Translations under genes and position numbers: made by a program
Source of the DNA: Dipteris shenzhenensis
Lineage: Eukaryota
DNA length: 64,000 bases
Assembly: GCA_047967505.1 (NCBI GenBank)
Contig: CM106538.1
Reading direction: 5' to 3' (one strand)
Shown here: in pieces, positions 62,101-64,000 of the stretch
How the letters are laid out: each line of letters opens with the position of its first letter
How positions within the stretch are numbered: position 1 is the first letter of the stretch
The notes under the pieces: model-generated
The model's input: only the letters and a program-made list of their open reading frames with translations
Told to the model about the DNA's origin: nothing
The model's database searches: none

Positions 62101-64000
62101 GGACTGAGGGAGAAGGCCTGTGTCGAAAATCTCTTGGCAAGCTAAACGGAAAGGGGTGGAGATAATCTCCCTGAAGTTCCAGAAGAAGGCCGGAGTCAAG
62201 CCATCCTCCCCCGGGCATTTCTGGGTCGGGAGAGCCTTGAGGGCTTCCTAGAGCTCCTCCTCTGTGAAAGGCTCCTCAAGTCTGCTACATAGGTCCCACG
62301 AGACTACTGTCAGAACGTGATCCCAAACTAGCTCTCAGGCCACAAGATCGGCTAGGGTTATCCTCTCTGTCTGAAAGAGCTAGCTATAAAAATCGGTGGT
62401 CATGTCAAGAATCTCCTTAAAGGATGACCACCGGTTTTTATAGCCATCCTCTCTGTCTAAAAGAGCTGCCTATAAAAACCGGAGGTCATGTCAAGAATCT
62501 GTCTGAAAGAGCTCCTGAAGGGTCCTCCTCCGCCTGAGGGCGTGAGCCTACAGCTCCACACTGCTCCTCTGAATCGCATCGACAACCCACGCAGCCCAAC
62601 CCTCACTTGATGCCATCTCTGAGTGCTCCCAGATCTCTGACATAACCTGCTGAATCTCCTCGTCTTGCAAGAGATCCTCTGGGATGCGGACCCCCTTTTG
62701 GAGAAGACTTCAACGAGGCTGATCCAAGTGAAGTACCACTGGAGAGTGGTCGAACATCATCGTACCTACCAGAATCTCGATAGCGCCACCTCTACGTAAT
62801 GCCCAATCTCCAACATAGAAGCGATCCAATCTCTCGAGCAATCCATCGTGTCTCCTCTGTCCCAAGGAGAAGAGAAGGTTGCCAGGAGTCCTGCTGAACT
62901 CTGACACTCTCCATGGGTCTCTGCCACTGATCATGAAAATGAACTGCTCCTCGGTACTACGCTCTGCTACTGGTATCTCAGAGAACGAGACGCCGCCTTG
63001 CTTGTCTTCCCCAAACTCCAAGTTTTTGAAGTCCCCTCCAACAATCCAGGAGTCAACATTCGAAAGACACTCTGACAGCCTCCTCCAAAAGACCGGACGA
63101 TGCTGTCTACACAATAGGGCATACACGTTCAAGATTCCAATCTTGGACTCTCCCGTCCGAACTCCCATCCAAACTGCCCGTCTTGGAATGAGCTCGCCCT
63201 GATCGTAGACCTCTGGAGCCAAGGTCTGTGAGATTGAGATGCAAACCCCTCCGCTCCATCCTACTGCGGGAGACCACTCCTCTGAACCTCTCCCTAGAAG
63301 AAGGTGATGGCGTCGTCTGATGTCTGCTGCTGAAAACATGTGCTCCTGAATCATAGGAATGTCCACTGCTCGCCCTACCACTGCCCTCTGCAACTCGTGC
63401 CGGAGCATCAGGTATTGCGGTTGGCCACGAACACGATCGTGGAGCCCATGTATGTTCCAACTCACTATGGTCTAGCTCATGAGGACGAGGGAGTCGAGAA
63501 CAAGACTCCTGTGGGTAAGTGCCTGTCCTAGAAAGATTGACTTGTGTGATTTTGCCGAGGGTTTAAAGGGCGAGTAGTCAGTGTCTGTGCAACGTCGTAC
63601 TAGGGTGGATACCGACTCAATATCGATCTTCCGTGCTCACTTCATCATAAAGGAGACTTCCATCCCGAACAAATCCGCACACGTCTCAAGGACCCAGAAG
63701 TGTGCCTCGTCCACCTTTGCCTCCATCGGCAATTTAATAACTCCCGTCGCTAAACCACACACCAACTCCTCGCGCATGAAGCTCAACTGAAAGTTCACCT
63801 CCGCGCCATGGGCGTACCAAAGATCTAGTCCCTATCGTCCCATCCACTCGTCCATCATGAGCATAAGCTGATTACCCAAAATAGCATCAAACACCTCCGG
63901 GGACCACTTCTCCAACCCTGTGGAGACAAACAGAAATCTCCAAACGGAGTGTGTCTGAGATCCCACTCTGCACTGATCAAACCCCCCTTGAGGGGTTGAA
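59155..64000 (-). mobile_element. L1-clade LINE (APE endonuclease, RT, zf-RVT), decayed, in an E2F intron; 5' end outside the window
   Basis: EN 62710-63465: SWNIHGL, IQEH, NVYA, GGDFKN, LDRFY, FDHSPV. RT: WRPITLLDFAYKILAK, LLDFEKAYDRVEW, RQGCLLAP, FADDTAL, RYLG, GGLGIID. zf-RVT remnant ETILHCLWSC. Confidence 0.95.

Overview
This is eukaryotic, AT-rich, transposon-dominated land-plant DNA; fern or lycophyte is my best guess, not proven. I found no prokaryotic features, rRNA, tRNA or CRISPR. Two host genes look intact. One is a two-exon secreted BURP-domain protein of the PG1beta type (minus, 30427-31677). The other is the last five coding exons of an E2F transcription factor (minus, 57937-59021), whose upstream intron holds a >4.8 kb L1-type LINE. 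A PPR E/DYW pseudogene fragment lies at ~55.9-56.35 kb. The rest is nested, decayed mobile DNA: a 6.2 kb hAT element, head-to-head CACTA-like remnants, a gag-only LTR element with TSD, a three-LTR Copia complex with one TSD, two Helitron2/Helentron-type RepHel remnants with an RPA-like ORF, and an unclassified 2.5 kb direct repeat bounded by (GT)n. The most novel-looking signals are two cargo genes. One is a zinc-finger + Pro/Thr linker + protein-kinase gene convergent with the transposase inside the hAT. The other is a spliced BAH-like + ubiquitin-like gene in an unclassified block that truncates a Helitron. All domain calls are motif recognition by eye; no searches were run.
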